Shown piece by piece: positions 1 to 9,749 of a stretch of DNA of 64,000 nucleotides. The notes beneath the pieces were generated by a model that was not told the DNA's origin, did not search any database, and saw only the letters and a program-made list of their open reading frames with translations. Location: assembly GCA_964361705.1 (NCBI GenBank), contig CAYIBP010000002.1:12435-76434 (forward strand), read 5' to 3'. The stretch is from an uncultured Candidatus Saccharibacteria bacterium (GTDB lineage: Bacteria > Patescibacteriota > Minisyncoccia > Phycocordibacterales > UBA9973). The position numbers and the translations under genes were made by a program. Position 1 is the stretch's first letter. Every line of letters starts with the position of its first letter.

Positions 1-2029
1 TTTTTTTCAAAATGTCGGTTGGGGTGGTAGTATTGTTCTTCCAGACTTTTGTGACTAGAGGATTCGCAGCCTGAGTAGTGAAAAAATCTAAAGAGCCGTC
101 ACCATTTATGTCAACTACGCTTGTATTGCCACTTTTTAAATATATTTCGCTAGAGGCAGAAAAATCCCAAGAAGAAGCAGACATCCATCCATTACCTGTA
201 TTGAGATGGACATGTCGCCCGATGGAGATTAAATTGTAATCTGGAACAAGGTCTGGCAAACCATCTCTGTTTATATCTAAAAACCTGACTCCCGAATCAA
301 TAATGTTGTCATTATTAACCAATTCCACAGGCGGATCCCAATTATTATCATCCACCCATGATCCATTGCCCTTGTTCATATATACCCACTTGTCATAATT
401 TTGGTTTGATTGATTCCATTCCATCCGTATAACATCTGGAAGATTGTCTCCATTGAGATCTATCATATACTGTTTGGGACCCAAAAGCTCAGGGGCTGGT
501 GAATCCCAACTAGAAGATTGTGAGGCGAATACTGATCCTGTATTCAATTGGGATCCGAAGTTCTGCCCTTGTTTTCTTATAATATCCATCAAACCATCCG
601 CATTCAGATCAATGAAATTCGCACCCCAATTATGGGTATTATCATCACTGCCGAAGGTAACAGTAGGTATCCAAGTACTGCTTTGCGACCAGGATGTCCG
701 GGTATTGAGATATGCATCATATCCCCCAGGATTTTGACTTAATGTCTCTTCCTCGCTCTTCAATATATCAGGTAGCAAATCGCCATTTATATCTCCCATT
801 CTCACCCCCTGATCCCACAGAAATCCGTAACTTCCACCCCTGATCTCATATTGCCGAAACAACATGGGCAGCTGAAAGCCGCTATTCTCGCTCCATGTAC
901 CATTGTTGTTGTTTATATATGTATGTTTTTGTTCAATCGGATCACCATTGTTTTTGTATGATTCTGCAATATCAGGCAGAGAATCTCCGTTGATATCAAT
1001 CATATTCTGTAAGCCCTCTTCAAAATGAGTTGGGGAAGCCCAGCTGGATGTATCAAGAGTCCATCCGGGAGTACTCGTATAATATGTAAAACTCGTCGCT
1101 AGCAGTGTCGTTACCACAGCGCTTTCATCTTGTCCAGATTCTGTAATACTGGAAAGCAGTGACCTTGATCCGTTGTCGCCATTAGTGTAAACAAGAGCAT
1201 ATTTTCTAACCCAAGAGCCATTTACTTTCACCTGAATCTCATTGATCCTGTAATTGTTTGTAATTAAAAAAGCTGTCGCATAAGATTTTGACACATCGCT
1301 TCTAGATTGTCTCAAAAATTCTATTTCAAATATTCCATCTGTTGTACCATTGCCGGTATATTTTATTTTATATGGATATATCTGTCCTGCGTCTTTATAA
1401 TATTCATATTTTATGTAATTATCATTTGTATCGCGCACCTCAGAAAGCATCCATTTGTAAACTTTAGAGTTGTCTGCGGAATCATCTTGTCTCTCGCTAG
1501 TGCTTGCGCCAAATTTATATACTGTGCCATTTTTAGCAGTAACGGTCCAAACATTTGAGGAAAGAGAGTATTTTAGAAAATCTCCGTTTTCTACTTTTGG
1601 TCCATAAGACGATCCTGAAATATTAACAAGTTCACCTGAAAGAGAAGAATTAAAATAATTGCTAGTATACAGTTTATCTGTGCCAGATTTGTTTAATCTA
1701 GTTATATACGGAATATCTGTACTCCAACCATAGCCGAAAATATTTGCTGTGTCACTGGTATTTTGATTGTTATAATTCAAATTCAGATTTGGTTCAACGC
1801 TATTCCTACCAAGAGGTGTCTTTATGTTGTAATTATATGTAAAAGCTCCTGAGTTTTCATCTACACTAAATATATTTTTGTTTGATTGAACCAATCCCGC
1901 AGTCAGATTCTCTGGAGTAAATATCGGTTCTTCCGCCCACACCGCATTCACCGGAGCGAGTAAAAAAGAAAGCGCCAGAAAAGCGCCGAGGGTTAGTTTA
2001 AAGAAACTATGTGTGGTGATGTTTTGCAT
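1..2029 (-). CDS. Secreted SpvB/TcB-N-terminal-like + FG-GAP (beta-propeller) repeat protein, toxin-like. Partial: start codon at 2029-2027, 3' end runs off the window start.
   Basis: Reverse-strand ORF with no stop down to position 1 (absent from the ORF track because it is open-ended). N-terminus MQNITTHSFFKLTLGAFLALSFLLAPVNAVWAEE looks like a signal peptide. It is followed by FGYGWSTDIPYITR and KVYKWMLSEVRDTNDNYIKYEYY, which resemble the SpvB/TcB N-terminal domain, then repeated DINGD(G/S)LPD FG-GAP-like motifs. Confidence 0.6.
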   Translation of the reverse strand, partial: MQNITTHSFFKLTLGAFLALSFLLAPVNAVWAEEPIFTPENLTAGLVQSNKNIFSVDENSGAFTYNYNIKTPLGRNSVEPNLNLNYNNQNTSDTANIFGYGWSTDIPYITRLNKSGTDKLYTSNYFNSSLSGELVNISGSSYGPKVENGDFLKYSLSSNVWTVTAKNGTVYKFGASTSERQDDSADNSKVYKWMLSEVRDTNDNYIKYEYYKDAGQIYPYKIKYTGNGTTDGIFEIEFLRQSRSDVSKSYATAFLITNNYRINEIQVKVNGSWVRKYALVYTNGDNGSRSLLSSITESGQDESAVVTTLLATSFTYYTSTPGWTLDTSSWASPTHFEEGLQNMIDINGDSLPDIAESYKNNGDPIEQKHTYINNNNGTWSENSGFQLPMLFRQYEIRGGSYGFLWDQGVRMGDINGDLLPDILKSEEETLSQNPGGYDAYLNTRTSWSQSSTWIPTVTFGSDDNTHNWGANFIDLNADGLMDIIRKQGQNFGSQLNTGSVFASQSSSWDSPAPELLGPKQYMIDLNGDNLPDVIRMEWNQSNQNYDKWVYMNKGNGSWVDDNNWDPPVELVNNDNIIDSGVRFLDINRDGLPDLVPDYNLISIGRHVHLNTGNGWMSASSWDFSASSEIYLKSGNTSVVDINGDGSLDFFTTQAANPLVTKVWKNNTTTPTDILKK

Positions 2030-2037
2030 TGAGATTG

Positions 2038-2307
2038 TTAAGAAAAAACTTTGTTTTCTAAAAGTTCAATTCTTTTATCGAAATTTGTATCATTGTCAAT
2101 AAGGTCGTCAACCTTTTCATTCAATTCGGCAAAATTATCCCGTGTCTCCATTTTAAAACTTTTTAAATCAACTCTAAGATCATTTATTTCTGATTTTACT
2201 TCGTATATATCCATTTTGGTTGCCATAACTTCAAGAATCCTTGCCGTGGTTTTGGCAATTACTTCGACAGACTTGGCTAGTTTTTTAAAATCAGCATCGT
2301 TTGACAT
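2038..2307 (-). CDS. Hypothetical small coiled-coil protein, immediately upstream of and co-oriented with the toxin-like gene.
   Basis: 89-aa ORF rich in K/E/D/L heptads. Its stop is 9 nt before the 2029 start codon. Confidence 0.4.
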   Translation of the reverse strand: MSNDADFKKLAKSVEVIAKTTARILEVMATKMDIYEVKSEINDLRVDLKSFKMETRDNFAELNEKVDDLIDNDTNFDKRIELLENKVFS

Positions 2308-2354
2308 AGTAGAAGTGTAGCAAATAATATTTTTTTGGCAATCACCAGTATTTT

Positions 2355-2377
2355 CCGTGAAGGACTGTCCTTCACGG
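2355..2377. other. Perfect 10-bp stem / 3-nt loop hairpin (ccgtgaagga-ctg-tccttcacgg) in the intergenic region. No clear U-tract.
   Basis: Palindrome read directly from the sequence. Confidence 0.35.
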
Positions 2378-2395
2378 AAATGGGAGAGGTGAGGT

Positions 2396-3055
2396 TTAGC
2401 TTTTTGACTCTGCGCTAGGTTCTGTGGCAGTACCTTCTTCCTCTTTCTTGCCTTTCTTTTCTACTTCAATAGCAGAGAGGTCTACAGGAGCTGCGACTTC
2501 TTCTTTTTCTTCAACTTGCGCCACGACAGAAGCTACGACTTCTCCAAGACCTGTGATCATAGAAACACCAGAAGGTAGAGAAATATCTGAAACCAAAAGA
2601 TTGTCTTGTAAGGTAGCTAATTTGGAAATATCAGCAGACAAACTGTGAGGCAAATCTTTAGGCAACGCTTCGACTTCGACTTCTTGAAGGACTTTGACGA
2701 GATTGCCCAAGCCACCTTTGACTAGAGGAGAAACACCCACGAATTCAACAGGGACTTTAACTTTTATTTTCTTATTCATATCGATAGCCAAGAAATCCAC
2801 ATGTAGAGGAGCTTCGGTTACAGGATGAAGTTGAACCTCGTGAATAAGCACATCTATATCTTTGCCATCCACATTTAGCTTGACGGCAGAAGATTCCCCC
2901 GCGTCTCGCCAGACTTTTTTGAAATCTGCCATGGATACTGAAACAGGAGTGCTGGACTGACCGGCTCCATAAAAAACAGCGGGCATTTCGCCTACTTTTC
3001 TGAGAGAATCCAAAGATTCATCTTCGCTTCTCTTTTTAGCTTTAATTGCAAACAT
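2396..3055 (-). CDS. rplY: 50S ribosomal protein L25 / general stress protein Ctc
   Basis: MFAIKAKKRSE...VGEMPAVFYGAG...LHVDFL is L25/Ctc-like, with an acidic C-terminal tail. Confidence 0.85.
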   Translation of the reverse strand: MFAIKAKKRSEDESLDSLRKVGEMPAVFYGAGQSSTPVSVSMADFKKVWRDAGESSAVKLNVDGKDIDVLIHEVQLHPVTEAPLHVDFLAIDMNKKIKVKVPVEFVGVSPLVKGGLGNLVKVLQEVEVEALPKDLPHSLSADISKLATLQDNLLVSDISLPSGVSMITGLGEVVASVVAQVEEKEEVAAPVDLSAIEVEKKGKKEEEGTATEPSAESKS

Positions 3056-3078
3056 AAAAGCATTATATACAAAATAAT

Positions 3079-4761
3079 TTAAAAAGCAATGTGTGAAAGC
3101 ATGTATTCTTTGGTACCGGACCCGTCTGTGCCCTCCACCTTTTTACCGGGATTGAATATTCCCTGCGGATCAAAGATATTTTTTATCTGTCTAAATATGC
3201 CTAGCATTTGATGATCATACATCTTTTTTAAATAAGGCGTGCGAATTAGTCCGTCATTATGCTCTGCTGTTATAGAACCATGATATCTATGCACCAGATC
3301 ATATACTTCTTCACTTAGATCGCTCACTATTTGCGCAATTTTTTGTTTTTTAGAATCTATCAGAGGAATGATATGGAAATTGCCATCGCCTGCGTGTCCA
3401 GCCATGGTATATACTAGTTTGTATTTACTCAAGGTGCGGTCAAGCTCTGGAAGAAATTTCGGCAGGAATTCCGGTCTGACAATAATATCGTCGATAAAGG
3501 GCGCAGTGCGAAGACCTTTTGCGTGCTTGCGAAGCAGGGAAAAACTTTCGCGTCTTACACTCCAATACTTCTCGGATTCAGATTCTCCTTTTGTCACATG
3601 GACTTTTACTTTGAAATTTTTTAATCTTTCCTTCAACTTTTGGCATTGCTTATCTGCATCTTTTTCATTCTCACCAGCAAACTCTGCAAGTAAAATCAAT
3701 TTTGGAAATCCTCCAGTAATCATCATTTTCAGTTCTGGCAAAAAACTCCATAAGAACTTTATGGATTCCAAGAACCCGCGATTTTTTAAGAAATCAGGGA
3801 AAAATCGCACAGCCAAACGCATAGTCTTGTCATCATAAGTCTCAAGTGTTTCCGGATTCGTCAACAATATCTCGTCCACCAGACTTCCTAAAGACGCCAC
3901 ATCTTTCATAAATATCGCAACTAATTTTGAATATTTTGGATTTGGCACTAATTTAAAAGTAATCTCAGTAGCAATGCAAAGTGTAGCCTGCGAACCAACC
4001 AATAATTTATTTAAGTCAAAATGAGATTCGCCTACGACATTCCATATATAGTAACCAGCGGAATTTTTGTGCACATTTGGTTTTGCTTTTTTTATTTCAT
4101 CTTTGTTTTTATTTATCAATTCATAAATATTTCCGTAAATCTCCCCCTCTAGATTCTTTTCTCTTATCTTTTTGGACAATTCATCTTGAGAAAGCGACCT
4201 TATTGTATATTCGTTGCCGTCTGAAAAGATGACCTTACTCTTGGTAACATATTTTTCTGTTTGTCCGTATTTTAAAGTTTTTTCTCCAGCAGAATTATTG
4301 CCAAACATTCCACCCATCGCATTTAGGCTCTTTGAAGCCGTATAACAAGGCAGTATCAAATCTTTTTCTAAAGTGATTTTTTCAAAATCTCTATAAAACA
4401 TTCCGGGCTGTACTGTGATCTCATCACCTTCGAATTTTACAAGCTTATTCATGTGTCTTGTAAAATCCAAAATCAAAGATTCACCTATAGCTCCGCCTGA
4501 CATATCTGTACCGGCGCATCTGGCAGTGATGGAAAGATTTTTCCAATCTTTATTTAGTTCCGTATCATGATATTTATTTTTATGAAGAGAAACAAACTTC
4601 ACCAGATTCTTTATATCTTCAGAATCTTTCGGGAAAAGAACAAGACGCGGACGCACTTCAAAAATACTCGCATCGCGAGAATACTTTGTGAGAGTTTCTT
4701 CATCGTCTTCGATTTCCCCTTTGAAGAATTTCAGTAGTTGTTCTTTTAAATCCGAAAGCAT
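3079..4761 (-). CDS. FAD-linked oxidase (GlcD / D-lactate dehydrogenase-like, FAD_binding_4 family)
   Basis: ARCAGTDMSGGAIGESLILDF FAD-binding PCMH motif. 560 aa. Confidence 0.7.
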   Translation of the reverse strand: MLSDLKEQLLKFFKGEIEDDEETLTKYSRDASIFEVRPRLVLFPKDSEDIKNLVKFVSLHKNKYHDTELNKDWKNLSITARCAGTDMSGGAIGESLILDFTRHMNKLVKFEGDEITVQPGMFYRDFEKITLEKDLILPCYTASKSLNAMGGMFGNNSAGEKTLKYGQTEKYVTKSKVIFSDGNEYTIRSLSQDELSKKIREKNLEGEIYGNIYELINKNKDEIKKAKPNVHKNSAGYYIWNVVGESHFDLNKLLVGSQATLCIATEITFKLVPNPKYSKLVAIFMKDVASLGSLVDEILLTNPETLETYDDKTMRLAVRFFPDFLKNRGFLESIKFLWSFLPELKMMITGGFPKLILLAEFAGENEKDADKQCQKLKERLKNFKVKVHVTKGESESEKYWSVRRESFSLLRKHAKGLRTAPFIDDIIVRPEFLPKFLPELDRTLSKYKLVYTMAGHAGDGNFHIIPLIDSKKQKIAQIVSDLSEEVYDLVHRYHGSITAEHNDGLIRTPYLKKMYDHQMLGIFRQIKNIFDPQGIFNPGKKVEGTDGSGTKEYMLSHIAF

Positions 4762-4905
4762 TTACAAAATTATAACATATCTCTCTGAAAACACTCGGTG
4801 CAATAAGGCCGATATCCGTCCTCAATTCTATAAGAAGAATCCATAATATGTCTCAAAATCATAAGTCACCCAAGGCATCACTTTTTGGAGTTTTGCTTTC
4901 TGGCA

Positions 4906-5787
4906 TTACAAGTTATTGAAAAGTTTCAATCTCGCCTCTGCTACTTTTTTTACAGCTTCTACTGCAGGAGCTAAAATTTTATAAGTCGTTATCTCGTTTG
5001 GATTTTCTTTCAAGAATTTCTCTAGAGCTTCTTTGTAGGCCAGACGGATTTCAGTACTAATATGAATGACAGATATTCCAGAAGATATTGCTGATGTAAA
5101 ATCTTCATCACGCAAACCAGACCCACCATGTAGTACTAGTGGCACACCTGCTGACTCTCGGATCTTTTTTACCAAAATTCCATCTATATGTGGTTCACCA
5201 CCCTTGACTATACCGTGAATGCTACCTACAGAAGGCGCTAATAAATCTATATCTGTCATCTGTACAAAATTTTTCGCGTCTTCTGGATCAGTCAGCGTAC
5301 CAGCGCCTTCTGGAATAGAATCTTTTATATTTGAACCCGATCCGATATAACCAATCTCCGCTTCCACTAATACATCTCGGTCGGTCGCATCTCTCAATGT
5401 CTTCACGTACCCTACACATTCTTTTGTTACTGCAACATTCTCCTCTAAAGAAAGCTTTGCCCCATCTATAATGACGGCATCAAATCCCGCATTTATACTC
5501 TGCTTTGTTCTTTCGAAACTATAATGATGATCTGCATTCAAAAAAATAGGATAATCATCCCTCTCACGTATTTCTTTAACCAACACCACCGCTTCTTCGC
5601 TACCAACAAAATCTTCTTCACCTTCAGACAAACCGATAATGACCGGTACTTTTTCACCAACCAACACGCTGACGGATTTTGCTGCTTCATAAACACCATG
5701 CAAGCCTTCTAAATTGGAAATATTAAAATGCCCAATCGCTACCTTCTTCTCCTCCGCTTCTTTTATGTATTCGCGTAATGTTTTCAT
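4906..5787 (-). CDS. fba: Class II fructose-bisphosphate aldolase
   Basis: HFNISNLEG, NADHH, AVIIDGAK and LVLHGGSG motifs of ketose-bisphosphate aldolase class II. Confidence 0.8.
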   Translation of the reverse strand: MKTLREYIKEAEEKKVAIGHFNISNLEGLHGVYEAAKSVSVLVGEKVPVIIGLSEGEEDFVGSEEAVVLVKEIRERDDYPIFLNADHHYSFERTKQSINAGFDAVIIDGAKLSLEENVAVTKECVGYVKTLRDATDRDVLVEAEIGYIGSGSNIKDSIPEGAGTLTDPEDAKNFVQMTDIDLLAPSVGSIHGIVKGGEPHIDGILVKKIRESAGVPLVLHGGSGLRDEDFTSAISSGISVIHISTEIRLAYKEALEKFLKENPNEITTYKILAPAVEAVKKVAEARLKLFNNL

Positions 5788-5801
5788 ATTCTTTAAAGAA
5801 T

Positions 5802-7274
5802 TTAACTTAGCACTTTCTTCAACATCTCTATCACCATTTTTGGATTCGCGCTGCCGTTGGATTCTTTGATAATTTTACCCACCAATGACATTATCGCATT
5901 TTCTTTGCCACTTTTATACACCGCCACAACATCAGGATTTTCGGTTATTGCTTTTTCAACCAAAATTTTAATAGAACTTTCATCTGAATTTTGAATAAGA
6001 TTTTCTTTTTCTAAAACTTCTTTTATATCTATCCTATCGTACACTAATCTTGGTATTAAATCTTTAGCAACTCTTGAAGAAATTTTACCATCTACAAACA
6101 TACGAACTAATATTGCAAAATCTGTCGCAAGAGGAAGCGAATGATTAGGTTCTTTTTTTAAAATTGCTTGCAAATCTGATAAAACAAAGTTCGCTATAGC
6201 TATCGCATATTTTGGGTTATAAGAATTTTCTTTTTTATCAAATAATTCATCAAAACATGACAGAGTTGCTTCAAATTCAAGGCATAACTTATCGTCTGCA
6301 ATCAAAACTTCAATATCTTCCTTTTTTATACCATAATTAAAAAAGCGTTCTCGTCTTTGGAAGGGCAATTCAGGCAATTCGCCTTTCATTTTTTCTAAAT
6401 CAAAAGCCTCGTGAAGCTTCATTTTAGGCAGGTCTGGCTCTGGAAAATATCTGTAATCTGCACTTCCTTCTTTTTTTCTCTGTGAGAAAGTTTTCTGCTT
6501 ACTTTCATCCCAACCTCTGGTTTCCTGTACTATTTCTGTGCCTTTGCCCTCTTCTAAGAGTTCACGCATTCTGTCTAGCTCGTACTTTATAGCTTTCTCT
6601 ACGCTCTTGAAAGAATTTAGATTTTTCACCTCAACTTTTGTGCCGAATTTTTTTGGATCATCTGTTATAGAAATATTCGCTTCCACTCGCATTTCACCTT
6701 TTTCCATATTGGCTTCTGATACCCCCAAATACCACAGTACGAACTGAAATTCTTTTGCAAATGCTGAAGTATTTTTCGAAGCATCCTCTGCACTGTCAAA
6801 GACACGCGCTTCTGTCACGAGCTCCATCAAAGGTACACCCGAGCGGTTGAAATCTATCAATGAATATCCTTCAGCGCCTTCGCCAAAATGTTTGTTGTTT
6901 GCCGTGTCTTCTTCTAAATGCACTCGAGTAATATCAAAACCCGCAAGATGTCCGCCGGAAACTATCGGATATTTGTATTGTGAAGTCTGGAAACCTTTTG
7001 GGATATCCGGATAAAAATAATTCTTGCGATCAAATTCTGTGAAGTCGGCAATAGTACCACCCACAGCTAGACCAACTTTGATCACATTTTCTACTGCCTT
7101 TTTGTTTATCACGGGCAAAGCGCCCGGATGCGCCATACACACAGGGCAAATATTTACGTTTGGATTTTCCTCGTCTGGATCATTCTTGCAAGAACAAAAC
7201 ATTTTGGTATTTGTCTTTAATTCAGCATGTATTTCAAGTCCTATGACGGGATAGTATTTTTTGTATTTTTCCAT
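5802..7274 (-). CDS. gatB: Asp/Glu-tRNA amidotransferase subunit B
   Basis: YYPVIGLEIHAELKT...MFCSC N-terminus and a GatB/YqeY C-terminal domain. Confidence 0.9.
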   Translation of the reverse strand: MEKYKKYYPVIGLEIHAELKTNTKMFCSCKNDPDEENPNVNICPVCMAHPGALPVINKKAVENVIKVGLAVGGTIADFTEFDRKNYFYPDIPKGFQTSQYKYPIVSGGHLAGFDITRVHLEEDTANNKHFGEGAEGYSLIDFNRSGVPLMELVTEARVFDSAEDASKNTSAFAKEFQFVLWYLGVSEANMEKGEMRVEANISITDDPKKFGTKVEVKNLNSFKSVEKAIKYELDRMRELLEEGKGTEIVQETRGWDESKQKTFSQRKKEGSADYRYFPEPDLPKMKLHEAFDLEKMKGELPELPFQRRERFFNYGIKKEDIEVLIADDKLCLEFEATLSCFDELFDKKENSYNPKYAIAIANFVLSDLQAILKKEPNHSLPLATDFAILVRMFVDGKISSRVAKDLIPRLVYDRIDIKEVLEKENLIQNSDESSIKILVEKAITENPDVVAVYKSGKENAIMSLVGKIIKESNGSANPKMVIEMLKKVLS

Positions 7275-7281
7275 AAAAAAA

Positions 7282-8301
7282 TTATTTATTTTTCTTTTCT
7301 AAAATCTTTATTAATCCGTCTCGCAAGGCTTTGACTGAAGCATCGTCAAACAGCGACAGGACAAAAACTTTTGGAGAAAGTTTCTCAAATGCTTTTTTTT
7401 GTTTTTCTATTATTTTTTTATCATCTACAAAGTCTGTTTTGGTTAAAACTATTATCTCTTCTTTAGAAGCTAAGCCTTCGCCTTTTGGTAAACCCAAATT
7501 TTTGTCGTATTTCTCTAATTCTTTTCTTATCTCTTTGTACGCTTTTGTCATGCCAGTAGAGCCTTTTGATAGATTTTCAAAAGACACCAAATGTGCGAGC
7601 ATTTTTGTGCGTTTGATATGTTTTAAAAATTTTATACCAAGACCTTTGCCTTCGTTTGCGCCTTCGATCAATCCCGGAATATCTGCCAGCGTATATCCAT
7701 AAAAATCTCCGAGGTTTGGATCAAGAGTGGTAAAAGCATAATCGCCCACTTTTGCATCTGCATTAGTAATTGAATTTAAAAGTGAAGACTTGCCTGCATT
7801 TGGTAGACCGATAAGACCAATATCAGCAAAAAGCTCAAGCTCTATCTTGAAATTCGCATGCTCGCCGTCTTTACCTGGATTTGATTCTATTGGAGTAGTG
7901 TTAATGGAACTCTTAAAATGTTCGTTACCATAACCACCATATCCACCTCGCAAGAGCATAATCTTTTCGCCTTCCTCTTTTAATTCATATTTCTCCTCTG
8001 TGTCTAAATTAGTAATAATAGAGCCAACTGGTAATTTTAAAACCATATCGTCACCGTTTTTACCATGAAGACTCTTTTTAGAACCATCTTCACCCCTCTC
8101 TGCAAAAAATTCTTTTTTGGCTTTGTATTTCGAAAGGATGTGAATGTCGCGCACAGCTTCTACATAAAAGTCGCCTCCCCTGCCACCATCACCCCCAGCA
8201 GGTCCGCCCTTGGGTACGAATTTTTCTTGTCGCCATCGCACCACGCCATCACCCCCGCGACCCGCCTCTCCATATATTGTTATTTCGTCTACGAATGCCA
8301 T
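7282..8301 (-). CDS. obg: GTPase Obg
   Basis: N-terminal glycine-rich Obg fold (GGDGGRGGD), plus G-domain GLPNAGKSSLL and DIPGLIEGA. Confidence 0.9.
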   Translation of the reverse strand: MAFVDEITIYGEAGRGGDGVVRWRQEKFVPKGGPAGGDGGRGGDFYVEAVRDIHILSKYKAKKEFFAERGEDGSKKSLHGKNGDDMVLKLPVGSIITNLDTEEKYELKEEGEKIMLLRGGYGGYGNEHFKSSINTTPIESNPGKDGEHANFKIELELFADIGLIGLPNAGKSSLLNSITNADAKVGDYAFTTLDPNLGDFYGYTLADIPGLIEGANEGKGLGIKFLKHIKRTKMLAHLVSFENLSKGSTGMTKAYKEIRKELEKYDKNLGLPKGEGLASKEEIIVLTKTDFVDDKKIIEKQKKAFEKLSPKVFVLSLFDDASVKALRDGLIKILEKKNK

Positions 8302-8336
8302 AAATTTTTATCTTATATCAGGATTGAACCTTAATA

Positions 8337-9260
8337 TTAACCTATATTTTTTAAAGCTATCTCTGCTAATTTTAACGCTCCTTCTTTTGATTTTGTTACT
8401 GCCAAGAAAAGACTCTTGTGGCAAAATACAGCGTCTGATACACCTGTGATGTTTTGCAATTCTTCATCGTGGAGTCCTCCCCAGTCTGCAGGAAAATCTT
8501 TTCTATTTTTAAAAGTATGCTTGTCTTTTTGTATAGCCCTCACTCCCCAGAGTTTATCTGCCTTCCTTTGGCTTATCACAAAAAGTGGTTCAGGGTAAGC
8601 TCTGAGAGTGTCTTGACATGGATAGTGATTATCCAGAATTATTATTCTTTTATCTTGTGCATTTCTATAAGATTCTAGAACTTTGTCTTCGGCAAGAACT
8701 GAGCCTTGTGCGTACACTATTTCTCGCGTTAAAAAAAGCTTGGCCATCTCTAGGCATTTAAAAAATGCTTCGTCTTCCCCGCCTTCATCTTCCTGCCAAG
8801 TCGGACGCAGTGAAGCAAAAGCACTCTCTATGGAGTAAGGCTCAATATCGTATTTAAGATCAGATAAAGCAAAACCATTGTCAATTGCATCTATCGGAGC
8901 GACTAGTTTTTTGTCTATGATACTGGCTTCCTTCTCTCCGCCTGCAAGTTCTGCGCCAAATTTCTTCCACACTAAACCAAAAGATGCGTATTCAATAGGA
9001 ACAAATTTTTCATTTGTGTTTACAAGTGGCGCTGAACGAAATCCTGCCCCGCTTGTCTGATGATGGTCAAATTTATTTTTCTCTGCATCATATACGCCAC
9101 CCACATCGTACGCATAGTCTGCTGTGGCTATTATATCTGCATCACGCGTGCGAACAACTTCAAAACTCTCACCACTTTTGTCTAAAAAGAGCGTAAGTGT
9201 CGCCGTAGCAAAAATATCATCGCAGTGAAAGACGCCGTTATGTGTTACTAATTTTTTCAT
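8337..9260 (-). CDS. MYG1/UPF0160 family metal-dependent hydrolase
   Basis: N-terminus VTHNGVFHCDDIFA and a DHHQ motif. Confidence 0.65.
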   Translation of the reverse strand: MKKLVTHNGVFHCDDIFATATLTLFLDKSGESFEVVRTRDADIIATADYAYDVGGVYDAEKNKFDHHQTSGAGFRSAPLVNTNEKFVPIEYASFGLVWKKFGAELAGGEKEASIIDKKLVAPIDAIDNGFALSDLKYDIEPYSIESAFASLRPTWQEDEGGEDEAFFKCLEMAKLFLTREIVYAQGSVLAEDKVLESYRNAQDKRIIILDNHYPCQDTLRAYPEPLFVISQRKADKLWGVRAIQKDKHTFKNRKDFPADWGGLHDEELQNITGVSDAVFCHKSLFLAVTKSKEGALKLAEIALKNIG

Positions 9261-9261
9261 T

Positions 9262-9711
9262 TTAAAAAATACTATCTACCACTTCTTTTACGACCGCGCC
9301 GTCTGCTTTGCCTTTCAATTCTGGCATTATGGCTTTCATCAACATTCCTTTTTGAGATGCGTCATTGATGCCAAGTTCTGCTTTCTTTGTTTTAACTATT
9401 TTTTCTACTTCACTCCTGTCCATCATCTTTGGTAAGTATGTCTCAAGTATTTTGAGCTGGGATTCTTCTTCGGCTACCAAGTCTTCTCTGCCTCCTTTTC
9501 TATACTGATCTATAGAGTCTTTTCTTTGTTTGGCTAAACGAGTGATAACAGCTAGGGCTTCTTCATCAGAAAGTATTTCATTTGGCTTTCTGCCTTTTGC
9601 TACAGATTCATTCATCATAGCGGCAGACATCATGCGCAAAGTCTCGAGCAATACTGTGTTCTTTGCCAACATCGCAGATTTGATCCCATTTTTAATATCT
9701 TCGTGTATCAT
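9262..9711 (-). CDS. GatB/YqeY domain protein
   Basis: YqeY-like sequence from MIHEDIKNGIKSAML onward. Start trimmed to the internal Met at 9711, because the longer ORF N-terminus is low-complexity and would overlap the divergent exonuclease gene. Confidence 0.65.
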   Translation of the reverse strand: MIHEDIKNGIKSAMLAKNTVLLETLRMMSAAMMNESVAKGRKPNEILSDEEALAVITRLAKQRKDSIDQYRKGGREDLVAEEESQLKILETYLPKMMDRSEVEKIVKTKKAELGINDASQKGMLMKAIMPELKGKADGAVVKEVVDSIF

Positions 9712-9749
9712 ACAAACCAGTATATCAAAATTCGTGTTAAAATAACAGT

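Noticed and set aside
444-1558. Short + strand ORFs (444-737, 548-742, 1307-1558) listed in the ORF track.
   Set aside because: They lie antisense inside the long open reverse-strand frame of the SpvB/FG-GAP toxin-like gene and have no motifs. They are shadow ORFs.
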